A stretch of DNA of 64,000 nucleotides. Origin: Octopus sinensis (taxonomy: Eukaryota). Each line of letters starts with the position of its first letter. The stretch's first letter is position 1. The notes below the pieces were generated by a model. That model did no database searches, was not told the origin of the DNA, and worked only from the letters and a program-made list of their open reading frames with translations. Made by a program: the position numbers and the translations under genes. The stretch covers positions 32,736,001 through 32,800,000 of the forward strand of contig NC_042999.1 in the NCBI RefSeq assembly GCF_006345805.1, in the 5' to 3' direction. Shown piece by piece: positions 1 to 14,045 of the stretch.

Positions 1-185
1 TGTTTCCTTATCTTTTATTTGCTCTAGCATATATGTATCCATACGGCAGATGTGAATTGCAAATAAATATGATGTGGTAGTATGTAGTATCATTTCTCTA
101 ATTGCTCTGGGCAATTATGTAGTAGCTGTATGTCATTGAGAATCGAATCCATGTCGCGTACGTTGACGCATACACAATATGACAC

Positions 186-299
<114 letters not shown>

Positions 300-365
300 A
301 CATACAAACGTACCTATATATCTATATAGGAATATAAAAAACGTAGTATGGAATATAGCGATAGT

Positions 366-1153
366 TTGCTTTTTCCATGGGTATGAGTAAGTATTTCATT
401 TATGTCTTACGTATTTATCGCTGACGTGGGGAAAATTATTGTGAATTAACCCCGAAATTGAGACCAATACGGTAATAACGGATCTTTGTAGAAATTCGAG
501 ACGCATAAAATATAATGGTTATTGACAATGTTGTCTTTTTTTCGGCATATTTGGCATTAGAATTTTTCTTTTACCCTTATTTTATAAGTTATTTATAAAT
601 TTAACCTTTAAAGGTATTTTTTGATATGCTGGCCATTGACAAAATTTTTTTTTCGAAAAGAAAAAGTTATCCTACATTAGTTATAAATTTAATAGTGTTC
701 ACTTCCCGATTCTCTCACTCTGTGAAAGTTTCTAGATCGAATCACATGTGCCTCGAGATGTGCCGAATATTTTCTATTTTGGATATATTTGGGGTACTTT
801 GGTTTGCCCAGGACTTAGTGCTTGCTTTTTCCATGGTTATGAGTGAGTATTTCGTTTATGTCTTACGTATTTATCGCTGACGAGGGGAAAATTCTTATGA
901 ATTAACCCCGAAATTGGGACCAATACGGTAATAACGAAATTTTTTAGAAATTTCCATCGGCATGTTTCGAGACGCATAAATAAGAATGGTTATTGACAAT
1001 TTTATCTTTTTTCGGCATATTTGGCATTAGAATTTTTCTTTTACCCTTATTGTATAAGATATTTATAAATCTAACCTTTAAAGGTACCTTTTGACATGCT
1101 GGCCATTGATAAATTTTTTTTTTTCAAAAAAATTTTATCCTACATTAGTTATA
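366..1153. repeat. Direct repeat pair of ~320-330 bp (366-684 and 822-1153)
   Basis: Both copies run from TTGCTTTTTCCATGG to TCCTACATTAGTTATA with scattered substitutions and small indels; ORFs 626 and 1096 both begin MLAIDK. Confidence 0.9.
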
Positions 1154-1200
1154 TATGTATGTATATATTCATATATATATATGAGTGTGTGTGTGTGTGT

Positions 1201-1417
1201 GAGACCCTTCTGTCCGGCAGTCACCATGATAGAACGTTAGTCATTACACACAGATTTTCTCTCCTTGTTTCTTTCCTTGTTTTTTTTTCTGTGTCCCTTA
1301 CTGTGGAAGAGCGTAGGCTCGAAACGTAAAAACTGTTTTTCAATTCTGAGCGTTATACTAATACATGTTTGTTTTCTCCACCACCTGTCTTCGTCTTTTT
1401 TCGTGAATTCTTACAGT
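1201..1417 (+). mobile_element. Short non-coding repeat, Penelope pLTR-like, with hammerhead-like motif; second copy at ~34372-34566
   Basis: Shares CTGT(G/T)GAAGAGCGTAGGCTCGAAACGT...GAGCGT...TAATACAT with the 34.4-kb copy; both end at a TA run. Confidence 0.6.
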
Positions 1418-1682
1418 ATATATATATATATATGCAGCAGTCAATCATATCCAAAGAAAAGGCTATAGCAGTAGAGAGCCGAGACAGTGTATCACCCGTT
1501 TTAGATTGGACTGGGACTGTGTTTCAGAAGAAATGTTCCTATCACTCACCAGTGTCTGCGCCTATGGACGCATATGGTATATATTATAATATTATCATCC
1601 TCATACGTATGTATGAGTAAGATAATATTACATGTATGTAATCATGTAATCATGTTTACATACAGGTGTTGATAATATACAT

Positions 1683-1691
1683 TATATATAT

Positions 1692-1736
<45 letters not shown>

Positions 1737-1763
1737 GTGTGTGTATAGATAGATAGATAGATT

Positions 1764-1830
<67 letters not shown>
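1683..1830. repeat. (TA)n + (GATA)n microsatellite
   Basis: Read directly. Confidence 0.95.
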
Positions 1831-2599
1831 GGATCATTTACCGTGATTGTGTGCTTGTTCTGCATCCACGAGCAATAACATATGCAAATGCTGAACCTTT
1901 GTAATAATTCAAGGAAAACCTTAATCATTACCAACAACGTTTATTTGTGTGTTGCACTTTGCATCTCTCCTATTCGCAATCTTTCTTGCAACATAATTGA
2001 GCATTATATTTCTCAAATCAGCGGAACATAATAGATTAAAAATGTACATCACCGTATTTAGTTCTTCCTCATCCTTTTTTCTAAACCAATTATTTCAACA
2101 CTCTCTTTCGTTTCAGTAAAGCCGATCCTTTTCTCTACAAATATTCTCATTGTACTGGCAATATGAATTTGTTTGACTTAGAAGGTGTGAGTGTTTTCTT
2201 TTTTTCTTTTCATTATTTTTAATCTCATGATTTTGTGCCACCTGATGCCGATTATGGCATTGAAATATAAAATATATTTTGTAAAGTCATGAATATTAAA
2301 CGCTCATTAAATTATATTGCACCTGTATATATTGAAAGAAAAGACACATGCACCGTAAAGCAAATTCTGGACAATGGTTATACTCCTCCGTATGTCTTTA
2401 GTCAAATACGTGAAGCCATTACAGAAAATACATAATTTCATTAATGTTCGTTATTGGTTCAAAATGTTATTAATAATGAAAGATATTACGAATGGGGAAT
2501 TCAATTCTATATTTAAGATATGAGCAGCATATGGGTACCCCTATTAAGGAAGGATAGAAAAATATTGGATTTATAAACCCGAAAATTCACTCCATAATT

Positions 2600-3008
<409 letters not shown>

Positions 3009-3255
3009 ATGAGGAATTTATTGGGTTTATGTGCCTGGTGGAAGGTAGGACTGCATGTTATAGATCTCACAGGTAGTTAGCTAAGAATCCAGTTGTTAGT
3101 GGGTTAAACGGAAACAGATTAGTTTTACTCTCCCAGTACGTCTCAGGTTTTGAGTTCAGGAAACACTACTGCAAAGTTTTTTAACAGACCGGGGTCACAG
3201 ACAAAGGACTCTGTCACAAAACCTTCTATTCTGGTTCTCCACACACACACACACA

Positions 3256-4320
3256 CTTTCAGTACTTATACCGTACAGTAAAAACAAGCCCCACTTTCCT
3301 TTGGGAGTCCAGTTGGCGGTATCATCTTTATCATAGAGCCAGCCGACAGCTGTACTCGTCCCAGATACGAAAACACGTGTTCTACGTAACTTATCAAGCT
3401 TGGCAGCTCCCGACAATGTACAAAAGCGTGCTGAACGGTTTCATCACCCAACCCACATCTTGGACACAGCGGTGGTACTGACATTCCGTGCCTAAATAAC
3501 TTATCGCGAACAAGCAGGGCATTCCTATAACATTGCCAAGTCTGGGATGTTTGGTAATTGTCTAAATACCCTGGCCTGAAAGTTTTCTTAAACAGGTTGG
3601 AGAGTTGATTCTCGTCGAACTCCAGAGCCCCTCCTAGGACGTCGTCATTTTTTGCCTCTACCAGCCCTCTATAGAACACCGAGGTGGTATTCCCGCTGCC
3701 GGCCCTGCCCATCTTGTAGATCAGTCAGAGTGCCTGTCGGCATTCCTTCTGCCATAAAGTCAGATTCCGTCTTTTAATGAAACCGGGTTTAAATCTCTCC
3801 AAAGAGTCCGGTCGCGAGAAGAATCCCTCTGCCAGCGGACTCCACACCTCATCACCTTCCAGGTGGCACCAGAGATGTTTTAGCGCCTTACAAGTGGCTT
3901 TCCTCCCTTCCACAAAAAGCGGAAAAGGAATCGTTACAACTTGCTTTGCCACAAATCGGGGCAAGGCATGACAGTCAGGCGGTAGGTGATGATAAATGCT
4001 ATAAACACCTGTACCACCTCTGCCCTCCCTTTCAAGGAAAGATGCCTTCCGGACCACTTCTGTACTATGGCTTCCACCTTGTTCACTACCTCGCTCCAAT
4101 TCTTCTCCGTCTGCGAGTCTCCAAGCAATTTAACAGGACCATCTGTCCAGTGTCCAACAACACTGGACGATATCGGCTTGTTCCTCCAGGTGCCGAGGTG
4201 CGAACCGGTGGACTTGCCCTTGTTAACTTTTGCCCCTGCCACCGTTTCGTATCTTTGGAGAGCACATTCTACACGAGTTAGCTGTGCTTCGTTGGATACG
4301 ATGAAGGTGACGTCATCCTC
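3256..4320 (-). mobile_element. Tx1/L1-clade LINE ORF2 fragment (RT C-terminal part and zinc finger), frameshifted
   Basis: DDVTF at the 5' break; GAKVNKGKS...WSGRHLSLKGRAEV; CPRCGLGDETVQHAFVHC (CCHC-type motif). Confidence 0.85.
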
Positions 4321-4902
4321 AACTGTTTCCTTTTCAAATGCAATTATTTCATGTTTAAATTATTTATTTAATGTTTCATTTTAAGATCAATAGCGTAGAG
4401 TTCACTTGGTGTTTTATATTAAGTTAAAACAATCGTTTGACAAGACAATTGTTTATCACTGGAGCAATAGTGACGTCTTACTAACGTAATTGAAAAACAC
4501 ACCACTTCTTTATGATGGAAGTGATTGATTTGTATATTTTTCTAAATTTTATTTCATTTTTTGATAATTGTAATATGTAAGCATCAAACAAATTCAAGAA
4601 TCTGAAAACTCGATTGAAGAAATGGATTTACTTGAAGAGTGAACAATTGTAAACAATTTATATTTATTTCATGTGCTTCTAAACTTTATTGCTAATTCCA
4701 AATGAATTACTTTCCCAAGGGAAATATTCACTGCATTTTTACTAAGATTATAAATCTTGGGTGCGGTAGTTTTCTCTGAAGTCAATTGAATGTGTAAACA
4801 TAGAATACTGATTAGTACGTGTCATTTATTGAAGTAGCAACATATTTTCTAAGCTACTCCATAAAATAACATTGTTATAACTAGATTGTAATTTAACTAG
4901 TA

Positions 4903-5709
4903 CTAGCAGCATAGCCCGGCGTTGCCCGGTTATGTAAGAGGCCCTAGTAGGCAACGACTAATCCCAATCTAGTCCTTTCCCTCTAGGGAACGAAGGCGCA
5001 TGTGTAGGTTGCAATGTCTTCTCTTCACTCCCAAATAACTATCAAACAGCTATCGATAATTCAACCCAACCAATTCCTACCAGGAAGAAATTACATTCGA
5101 GACTTTACCCCCAACACCGCCACTTCTGCTAATAGCTGCTGCAGCCGCAAGTTATTCGAATATTTTTTTGTTTACACTTTCTTTATAACTACCACCCCAA
5201 ACGTTTTACCATAAATTTTTGATGTACCCTAAGGGTCCTCGGACGCTACTTGCAAACTCTTGGTTTATTATAAACCGCTTTTGTCGTGTGCATCAAAAAA
5301 CCTGTTCCATACGTTTGTTCAGTTTGGTCACTTTTGACTTTTCCGTTGTTGTCACTCACATTGCTGCCCACTTTTTTGCCGTTTTTGTACATTTTAATTC
5401 ATTTTGGGATACTTACCCCACGTGTCCCGAGAGTTAAAAAGGTCGAGTTGCGTCCCCTAGACAGTCTGTAGAAAATGTGTTGCATATAAAAAGCTTAGAT
5501 TCTCGACCCATGTCGAATTTATCGATTTTTTTTTCAGAACTGGAGGAACTTTTCAAAATTTTGGCTGCGTGAGTTTTGAATTATGACATTGGGCTACGTG
5601 TGTGTCAAGTTTCATCAGAATCGGTTGAAAGCCGTGGTCAGGGTGAGGGTACAACCTGACAGACACACAGACATACAGACAGACAAACTGCCGTTTATAT
5701 ATAGAGAGA
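4903..5709 (-). mobile_element. Non-autonomous Helitron (Lep1/HINE-like architecture)
   Basis: On the minus strand it starts TC, ends CTAG, and sits between A and T; GC-rich subterminal hairpin CCGGGCAACGCCGGG lies just before CTAG; internal GACA repeats near the 5' end. Confidence 0.75.
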
Positions 5710-6099
5710 TATCGCTGCTATATACTCTGTTACTGTATATAATTATTTCGATGCATAGCCGCCATTGTAAATATTCTCAAAGTATTTCAAAAACTGTGAA
5801 GCACAGTCACTCTAATATGAAGATTACAAGCGCTTCTTTATTGATACATTTCACACCGCGGTTATCATTAATCATACAAAATATTATTAGCCGGCCTAAT
5901 TATATTACGAAGCAAAGTGAGAAACAAGATTTAATGAATCGCAGAAGTGTGTTGTGGTGGAGAATGAGAAAAGCACGTAAATAGCATATCTACATCGGTT
6001 CGATTATGCATGGTACCAAAAAATATAATAATTTCAGGTCTGTCCAATAAACTACTATTATTTCTTCAGTCATAATGCTTATGTCGAATGTGACATTTG

Positions 6100-7320
6100 A
6101 GTCCCGCCAACGATTTTCAAAGGAGACCACAAATGCTGCAAGTATGAGGATTACAGTTCAGCGCAGATGGTATATTTGCAGCCGTTTTTCTCTATGGCCT
6201 TGCACTCTGAGGCCTGTTAATGCTGGTTAAAATGAAGTTTCTAATACCATTTTGACACAACGATTTCCATTATGTTAGCTTCAAGTCTTTTGGCTCAAAA
6301 GTACCATTAACTAACGTCACTTCTAAGAGATTCTCTTCAGCTTGTCCTTATATCTGAGCCATGGTCGACCAACATTCCCGTGCCCACCATCAAGCTCGCT
6401 GTACATGAGGAACCTGGGTATTCTTTCGTTACTCTTTCTGACGACATGTCTAGCCGATCACAATTGTGAGTGCATAACGAAGCTCTCAATTCCACCAATC
6501 TTACAGTTGCTAAACAAATCGGCATTAGAAACTCCATCTTTTAGTCAATAATCGCAGATTGACCTGCGACAGTCTTAGTGGAAGAGGTCTAGTTGGCTAA
6601 TGCGCCGTCTTTAGTGTATCCACGATTCTGAGCTATAAAAGAGAGTACTAGGTTTGGCAGATTTATAAACCTGTATTTTGACGTTAAGTTTAATGCCCCC
6701 TCCATTCCATAGGCGATGGAAGAGTTTGCCAAATGCGTCGGTTACCTCAGCAGGATAGTTGAAGATTTCATCATCAAGGGAAGTGCTCGAATTCGCTTTA
6801 CTACCAAGATATGTATATGACTTCACTTCACACAATTTAGGTTTTGCCCATCAACCTGTATCGGGGCGTCAGGAAAATTGTGAACCGTTGGCTTCTGCAT
6901 GCTGCCCCGAATTTGTTTACGAGTAGGACAAGGTTGGTGGATTACTTTGGTCTTCTTTAATTTGATGGTCAAACCAATGGCTTTACCTGCAGTGGAAAAC
7001 CGGTTTAGAAATTACAGAGGTTCCTTTGAAGAGGTCACTACTAAGGCAGCAGCATCTGCAAAAAGTTTATCACGAATGATACTGGTGCGTATCAGTGTTC
7101 TCGCTTTGAAACTCTGATGATTTAAATAGTCCAGCACTTGTTCGAAACTGGAATTTTACAGGGCTTTGTATATAACTAAACGCATAACTCAGTACAGACA
7201 AAACAGGAGCCATTACACAACCAATCTTTGTGCCGTTTGTAAATCCGAAGGAAACTGAAGATTCCTCACCAAACACGACAGCAGCCTTTATTCCCTCAAG
7301 AACAGAGATGAATAACATTT
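6100..7320 (-). mobile_element. Old RTE-clade LINE RT fragment
   Basis: FTNGTKIGCVMAP (GVKQGCVLAP-like), LFADAAAL, YTYLGS...AFGKLFHRLW...KIQVYK...LFYSSESW. Confidence 0.8.
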
Positions 7321-7321
7321 A

Positions 7322-8030
7322 ACAGAAACACAGAAGTATAGAGCACTATTATTCAAAACCTTACAATACTGTATAAAGGACCGAAGCTGTATGAATTATG
7401 CGCACCCATACAATTATTAGGAGCAACAAACAACCAAGACCACGAAGGAGGATTCTTACAAATGCAAACCTATATCCAAACTTAACGGAATCATGAATTA
7501 AGAGATGTAGAAGACCGAACAGTGGAACATGTCCCAAAATAATGGAAGTCTCAGAATTCCGTTTTAAAGAAGGACAAACATTTAAAATTAAAACTGACTT
7601 CACTTGTACCTCTGTAAATCTCATGTACCTCATAACACGGTTCTGCATGCTGTAGGAACTACATAAGATCAACAGGAATGTCTATCAGACGTAGATCTAC
7701 ACAATACAAACAACCAAATCTACCAACCCCAGTACCGTGGAATACTACTTGTGGTCACATAGACAGATGTGCTAAGGAACGCCAAACACAACTCACAATA
7801 TTCCCACTATATCAATGTCCGGAAAGGACCTCAACTCAACAACGACAAATAAAAATTCTACATTTATTGAAAATTACAAATCAGAACTCAAGATGAATAT
7901 ATAACGGAATTCACAAAAAAAACAACCAGAAAAAAAGAAAACAGTTTCACTTCCACTTAGTTCAGAAATATGATTTCAAACCATTGAGCCATGATTATCG
8001 GAGCGAAACCGGTCGACTTCTGTACGCAGG
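7322..8030 (+). mobile_element. Penelope-like element 3' remnant (GIY-YIG endonuclease) with pLTR
   Basis: FKIKTDFTCTSVNLMYLIT...MSIRRRS...CGHIDRCAK...TIFPLYQC matches the PLE GIY-YIG layout; downstream GAAACCGGTC stem III motif at ~8005-8014. Confidence 0.75.
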
Positions 8031-8034
8031 AGAG

Positions 8035-8400
8035 ACTGAATCGTAAGTACCGTGCTTACCAACTACGTGATTCTGGGTTCAGACCCACTGCGTGGCAACT
8101 AGCGTAAATGTCTTCTACTATATCCTCGGGATAACCTAAGCCTTGTGAGTGCATCTGGTAGAAGGAAACTGAAAGAGGCATATCGTATATATATATATAT
8201 ATATATACATATGTTTGTGAGTCTCTATTTGTCCTACACCATCGCTTGAATCCGATGTTGATCTGTTTACGTCCCCTTTAACTAAGCGGTTCGGCAAAGA
8301 GATCCGATTGTATATGTGCTAGGTTTACAAAGTCCTGGGGTCGATTTGTTAGACTAAAGGCGGTGCTCTCGTATTGTAGCAATCATATGACTGACGTAAA
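8035..8400 (+). mobile_element. Degraded tRNA-derived SINE (same family as 35272-35739)
   Basis: GGGTTCAGACCCACTGCGTGGC, GCCTTGTGAGTG...GGAAACTGAAAGA, internal TA run, GCGGTTCGGCAAA, GACTAAAGGCGGTGCT. Confidence 0.85.
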
Positions 8401-8575
8401 TTAAAAAATGGAATAGTGTGACGTATTAAATAATCTTTATCTACAGATGTCTGTACTTTTTCACCTTATATCTTATTTTACACATGTCTTTGAATGCATG
8501 TGTGTATACACATATATACGTGCTTATATATATATAATAAAATGACAGTAAAAGAATGACCTTGATAAGTAATTA

Positions 8576-9112
8576 GAGTGAAAAAGTAATGCCATTTTGT
8601 TTAGTTTAAGTACAATTACCAACACAGGAATATATATCATACATCAAAATGAAGCTGGTCCTCTTCGGATCACATCCCTACTTCTCAACATAGTCACCGT
8701 TTCTCTCAATAGCAATGTTCCACCTTCGAATGAAAACATGTATCCTTGCCCCGTATTCTGTTGTCTGTTCTTTGAGCCACTTCTTCACTACAGTTTTCAC
8801 TTCCTCCTCATTGGACTATCATATCTTCGGCACCATGAAAGATGGTTTGAGAGGCAAACATTATTCCAGTGACGAGGAAATGAAAACTGTAGTGAAGAAG
8901 TGGCTCAAAGAACAATCAACAGAATTTTACGGGGCAGAGATACATGCTCTCATTCGAAGGTTTTTTGCTATTGAGAGAAACGATGACTATGTTGAGGAGT
9001 AGGGATGTGATCCACAGAGGACCAGCTTCATTTTGTTGTATGATACTTGTTCCTGTGTTGGTAATTATACCTGTCTAAACAAAATGGCATTAATCTTTGA
9101 CTCGCCCTTGCA
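8576..9112. mobile_element. Mariner-derived foldback MITE (inverted duplication of a mariner 3' end)
   Basis: 8576-8815 is the reverse complement of ~8865-9103; the plus strand encodes DYHIFGTMKDGLRGKHYSSDEEMKTVVKKWL...; TIR AAAAGTAATGCCATTTTGTTTAG. Confidence 0.85.
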
Positions 9113-11016
9113 GATATAGAACACTACAATCAGTAAGTTGTCATAGTAGAACTCAGAGTTTCAAATACCAGAGCTAAAAGCGTCTAGGCCTTTTCTCAGC
9201 TATTTTGACGATGTAGTCTAAAAAGGCGAGGAAAAGGCCTAGAAGATTATATTCTCATTGTTAAGTTCCGATAAGATCTTTAATTATTTTGTCTCTTGGT
9301 ATGAAAATATTGTGAAAAATCTTATTTGTAATTTAGGTATCCTAATTCAATTCATTGTAAACATTTTTCGTTCTTTTTCACGAATTACAACGAAAGCGAA
9401 ATATGCTCACTGATGATGATGCAACTATCTAATAGCAATACTTCTAATTATCTTGCTCCAAATGGAAAGCTATTTGTTTTAAATGAACTTTTAAATAATA
9501 TTTGCAGCGAGTATTTTCAACGGAACGAAAAAACATTTTACAGAGGTGGTATATGATATTCAATAAATAATCATATCAATATCGTTATCCTTTAGCCTTT
9601 TCCTTCTTAGCTTCTACATCTCTTTCCTTCTCTTCTTAATTCATGTTTGTTTAGTCGACTTCTTTTCTCTTTTTCATTTCTCTTTTCACATCTCACACTC
9701 TTCAACCACTTATTACATTGTCACACTTTTCTGTCTTGTAATCTGCATTTCCCCACGCTTTAATTCCCTGTATCAATCCACTTGTATTTGATCTGGTTGT
9801 TTTCCTCACTTATAAGGATATAATCATTCGTACAGTACACATTCATTTTGAAGAATGTTACATCACTTTCGTTTTTACTGCTTTCACATTTCTTATTTTA
9901 TTTTATATTTCTGTTCGTCTTTCAGACATTACTGCTCTTTAATCAACTTTGAAGAAGAATATTAAATAATTGTTTTTTTCCATTCCATTTCTTGCCCATC
10001 CGTTTATATAAAGTTTTCTTTATTAATAGTTTTTCTTTTACATATCTTATTGCAACTATGGTCAGAGAGGAACGTTAATTTATATTTTCATTATTATAAG
10101 TGGAAAACTTCAAAACCTAAATGAACAATTAGGTTTATAACTTTCAAACATATACTGAGGTGGGAAAAGGGAAACCTGTCCAATCAAATAAACAGAAGCC
10201 AAATAGAATAATTGCTAAACAGTTAACAAAGGAATTTAAACCACAATGGAAGATGAGTTAGAATTTTAGGACAGGAAGCCATGCAAAAAAATAAAATGAT
10301 TTAGTGAAATGTAACCCTGTTTGTAATATGACAAAAATTCATTTCCTGACTAATGTCTTTCGTGAGAATTCACAGAGAGGGAATAACTGACTGTTATGCC
10401 AACATCTTTTATCTCCTTTACACATTTCTCTTCGCGACAGATCTGTTAAAAATATCTTATACCGTATATAGATATTGTTAATATACCCACTGCATATGGT
10501 CAATCAGGATGCACACGATAGTTTACCAGTGAATATAAGTAAAATATATACGTTCATATTTTCTATATGATGTAGTCGTCTAATGCTCATGTCATCACTT
10601 AAGTTTTTTCTTTCATACGGCTGAGACCATTTGCCGTTAAACCAGACGAAGAAAGAGCAGCAGATCTGGACTTCGATAACGTTATCAACATATTGCTAGA
10701 TTTCTATCTGTTCCAATCTGCCCCACAATTCAAACATTTCATATTTGGGCCAGCAAATGGATGCGCAATAGTTAGATGTAGGATGTATCTTGCAGTCGTT
10801 CAGCGTCAGCTACATTCTCGTCAATATTTATCAATCATAATTCGCTGAAGGCCGGACCAAAGCATTTAAAAGATTCAGCTTGAACCTTTTGTTTATAAGA
10901 TACTCTCGCCACATTGCACTGTAGGACCTGACTGGTGATAGCCCTGCTCCACTTTTTGCCACACTTCTGCGGATGAATCTTTAATTTAGACAACAAAGGC
11001 GCTCAGTTGCTGAGAT

Positions 11017-11128
11017 TTCAGTTTCCGTCTACCAAATCTGCTCACTAGACTTATGTCGGCCTGGGACTAGAGTAGAAGTCACTTTCTAAAGTTGCTACGC
11101 AGTAGGACTAAACCCTCGACATATGGTC
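11017..11128 (-). mobile_element. SINE fragment
   Basis: TTTCAGTTTCCGTCTACCAAATC is the reverse complement of the SINE body at ~35404-35424. Confidence 0.75.
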
Positions 11129-14045
11129 TTCAAATTCTGTATTTTTCTTGTCGTTTTCATGATCCCGTTCACTTTATTGATATTCATTATTTGAAACTCA
11201 TTAGCGATTAGAATAATTTTGCCATGCAGCATTGTAGCGATCAGCTTAAAGTGATAAACCGAACAGAAGTTTAGCCACTGGTTGCTGATGAATGCACAAA
11301 TCTGTATTAGTTCCGCGACTTAGACGTGCAAACAGGCGAGTTAAACAATAAATTTCTATCGAACAAATTTTAACGCTGCGTCAGCTTATAAATTCACATT
11401 CCGATCACATAACCACTTGCAGCCCAGAGCACAATCTCTGCAAGCAGTTTAATTTGAAGCACTCGATTTTTATCGCTTCTAACGCCAAAAAAAGTCCTAA
11501 CGCCGTTGCATATTTGATGGGCACCTTGTTCATAAGAATAGTTCATAGCTTAGCTTTCTCAATGATGATCTTGATATTCAAATCGGGTTCTTCTTACATA
11601 TATCAACACAATTCTCCCTATGCTTTTTCATGAATTGTTTTTAGGAGGAATGTTCTATTCTCACTGCATCATATCCGTTATTATCTACACCAGTGAAATT
11701 CTTCTGGTGATGGTGATAACGAATATTGTAACATATTATGAAGAATTGTTAGTGACAGCAAGGTTGGCTAGTGCAAAGTGGAATTCTTGTATTCAGTCTG
11801 TCTTACAAAACTTATTATACACCCTGATAAGAAACTACCTCACAATATTTTGATGTTTTTGATGATGCCGCCGGGAATTCGTAAACATACAAGTTTGATT
11901 TTTTTTTTTAGATATGCCAGAAAAGTGTGAAAGTGCTTCCATCACTTTATTCACTGCGGCACATTACTCGCAGATTCGCAGTAACATTCAGAGAAGTCGG
12001 CGTTGCGGATGTTGTGGTCGATTTTCAACATAATGCTTTTATCTTGAGATATGCTTCACGTTTAATACTTAGTGTGATTGTAGTGAGTCGACTGAAAATA
12101 TTCTATTATAATTCCAGACTGGCTTCGTGCCATTGGAAACATAGAGATATTAACATACATGCTTATATATGTACGTATAGACAGTTTAATACATGGATAA
12201 ATTGATGAATGGATAGATGGATGGAAGATAGATAAATAGCTAGATTGATTGATTGATTGATCGAAAGGGATACATACTTACACACGCAATAACGCATATA
12301 TACGCAGACACGCTTGAGATACACACATATACACATAGACGGACATATATATATATATACATTCATTGATACATACATGCATTCATGCACACCTACCTAC
12401 TACCTACATCCACAAATATATACATACATACATACATAAATATAACTCTTTGCAAAATATTTAGCAGGGAAAATGAATAAGCTAGTAGAAATCAAACATT
12501 ATCATGTATCAAATACTGGCAACGTGAAACTTCAGATAAGTAAGTCACAATTTCAAAGAGAAAGAGAAAGCATCTACGTTGTGTAACACGGTTTGCAGGA
12601 CCAAGTTTGACATAACTTTGCAAACACTGAGTCACACATGAGATGTATACTAATATTATTTACATGACAGGCAAACGAACTAAGCTCTAAAAGATAACCT
12701 TTAAACAAACATATATTGAAATAAATTCGATGCAAGGAAATGGATATTAGAGATAACTGATAGTGAGACCTTGTAAGCTCATTTTATAAGATGCTCAAGA
12801 CGACATGAAATGAAAATCCTCCCAGGAATGGAGTTCTGTTTGGCGAGGAAATTATTTGCACATTTGACGTAAAAAAGCAAATCTACATGGAGCAGCAACT
12901 GCAATACGTCACTACGTCGTAGATACCTAGCAGGATATATAATAGAAATTCCATGCGAGAAGGAGTCATCCATATTGTGTTCTAAGAATTCGGGTCGGTT
13001 TGCGGACGAAATAACCGTAGTGCATGTGAATTTACGTTTTGAAAATGCATTCCCTGACAAATCTCCAAATTTCCTCTAAATATTGCCAGTAATTTCATAT
13101 CAGACATACAAGCGTTTTGCTGAGATAGAAGCAATTTCCTGATAGAGAACATTCTAAATATAATACTCTTTTGAATAAGTTTGCTGTCAATATTTTATGT
13201 AAGTTTGCTGTCAATAATTTTTTAAATTTCAACTGACATATTTTCAAATTAATTTTATGTATTGGCTTATGTTTTTCAGTGTTTGATTTGCCTAATAGTG
13301 GTTTTATCTCTAATTTAATATAATATAATATAATATATTTTTACTATAAAATTGGATTTTATCCTAAATCTAATTTTTCCCTGTAAGATTGGATTTATTC
13401 CCTAATATTATTATTGTTATATATATATATTCGATAGTATTTCTGAACATGTCAAATCATGTTAATAACAAGCAAACCACATAAAATATATCTTCGAAAT
13501 GACTGCATAAGATTATGTACAGAATGAATAAAGGGTTGTCAGCATGAGAATGTAGAAGAACAATTTGTACTCGGATCAAATCACTGAAAATAATTTACAA
13601 GTATTAGGAATTCAAAATCGCCCGGCGTAACGAGTAGTCATGACCAATGCACCGGGATTTTAGTTCTGTGACCCGTCATAAATTTAGAGTAAAAAATCAC
13701 ATGTAACAACACAAATCTTATGCGTATTTATAACAATTTCTGTTGATCACTTAACCAGGATTGATTAGTGCAACTATGAATAATGTAACGTAAATTATAT
13801 TTACAGCACTATTGATGTGATATTAATATATCTGTATATAGAAATAAACATTGCCATTGAAATATGTGCAGCGCCGGAGGGTAAAATAATCTGTTTATGC
13901 TGATGTAATAGACATATTTCCAGCCTTGATAATTACCGAGGAATAGGGAGCCTGGGGAAACTCAGTTCTACACTACCGAGATTTAGTATTTCCTCCTATC
14001 ACTTCTGCAATTACAAATTCTTCGCTTACACCATGAGGCATATAT

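Noticed and set aside
11135-11560. Faint Helitron/PIF1 helicase similarity on the minus strand (GLFLALEA..., LHGKIILIANEFQ)
   Set aside because: Too degraded; Walker A and DE motifs are not recoverable by eye.
12779-13060. 93-aa ORF in unique-looking sequence
   Set aside because: No recognisable motif or convincing splice structure.
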